Below are positions 63,582-64,000 of a DNA stretch of 64,000 bases, piece after piece (positions within the stretch are counted from its first letter, which is position 1; each line of letters begins with the position of its first letter). Source of the DNA: Hydrolagus affinis. Lineage: Eukaryota. The stretch lies in assembly GCA_012026655.1 (NCBI GenBank), contig JAAILG010001013.1, forward strand, positions 1 through 64,000, given 5' to 3'. Made by a program: the position numbers and the translations under genes. The notes under the pieces were generated by a model. That model did not search any database. It saw only the letters and a list, made by a program, of their open reading frames with translations, and was not told the DNA's origin.

Positions 63582-63816
63582 TTTAGTGGAGACTGAAGAG
63601 TAGTTTGTTGCTGCCTGGGTTAGTCGGAGTGCGATTGCTTGTGCCCATGTAGTCAGTGCACGACACAGAACAAACTCAGAAAAAGTGAAGTCGGGTGCAG
63701 CTGGATTTTGTGGTAACCAAGGAAGAGGCTCCTGAGGTCTTTCAATAAGTGATAAGCCAAACAACTGAGATTGTGTGACAGTGGCTATCTTGTGGTTACT
63801 CCCCTTCGTTGGGAAC
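63582..63816 (-). CDS. Putative internal coding exon of an unidentified gene
   Basis: Acceptor ttccacttactgtcag|G. Only the phase-2 frame is open: FPTKGSNHKIATVTQSQLFGLSLIERPQEPLPWLPQNPAAPDFTFSEFVLCRALTTWAQAIALRLTQAATNYSSVSTK. Donor AAA|gtacag is weak. Sequence is non-repetitive. Confidence 0.6.
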
Positions 63817-63839
63817 CTGACAGTAAGTGGAACCAGTCT

Positions 63840-64000
63840 ATTTATACGTTTATCTTATGAAACCCCTTCATGATTTAAACACTCTATCAGGTCTCCTCTA
63901 AATCACTTCAGGTGAAATATCTCAGTCTGTTGAATCTTTCCCTCCCAATGCCCTCCCAGGCTGGCAACCTTCTAATGAATCGATGCTGTACTCTTTGGAC
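63840..64000 (-). mobile_element. Old CR1 ORF2 C-terminal fragment
   Basis: Reverse complement contains LKRRPDRVFKS-like decay of RLRGDLIEVFKI. Confidence 0.6.

Overview
This is vertebrate genomic DNA, not prokaryotic. The repeat content points to a cartilaginous fish, most likely a holocephalan/chimaera (inference): CR1 LINEs with (ATTCTATG)n tails, L2 LINEs, tRNA-headed Deu-type SINEs and Penelope remnants. Most of the window is intergenic or intronic, densely filled with decayed retroelements, and contains one 100-N assembly gap. Retroelements present: a partial CR1 with ORF1 esterase and ORF2 endonuclease at 1-1890, many L2 3' fragments, about 20 copies of a young SINE and older Deu-SINEs. 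The only credible host coding signal is the 3' end of an unidentified minus-strand gene (exon 63582-63816, acidic terminal exon 61453-61539, AATAAA at 61289-61294). The most interesting structure is a 721-bp Penelope-like insertion at 23623-24343. It has a 15-bp target-site duplication, a decayed GIY-YIG C-terminus and a minimal hammerhead ribozyme, and its inverted arm stops within about 2 nt of the predicted ribozyme cleavage site. Also notable are SINE subfamilies with stepwise insertions in the tRNA head, a SINE/L2 tail chimera, two repeat families I cannot name, candidate minus-strand non-coding exons and several TE-free enhancer-like blocks. Boundaries of old repeats are approximate, and family names come from recognition by eye rather than database searches.
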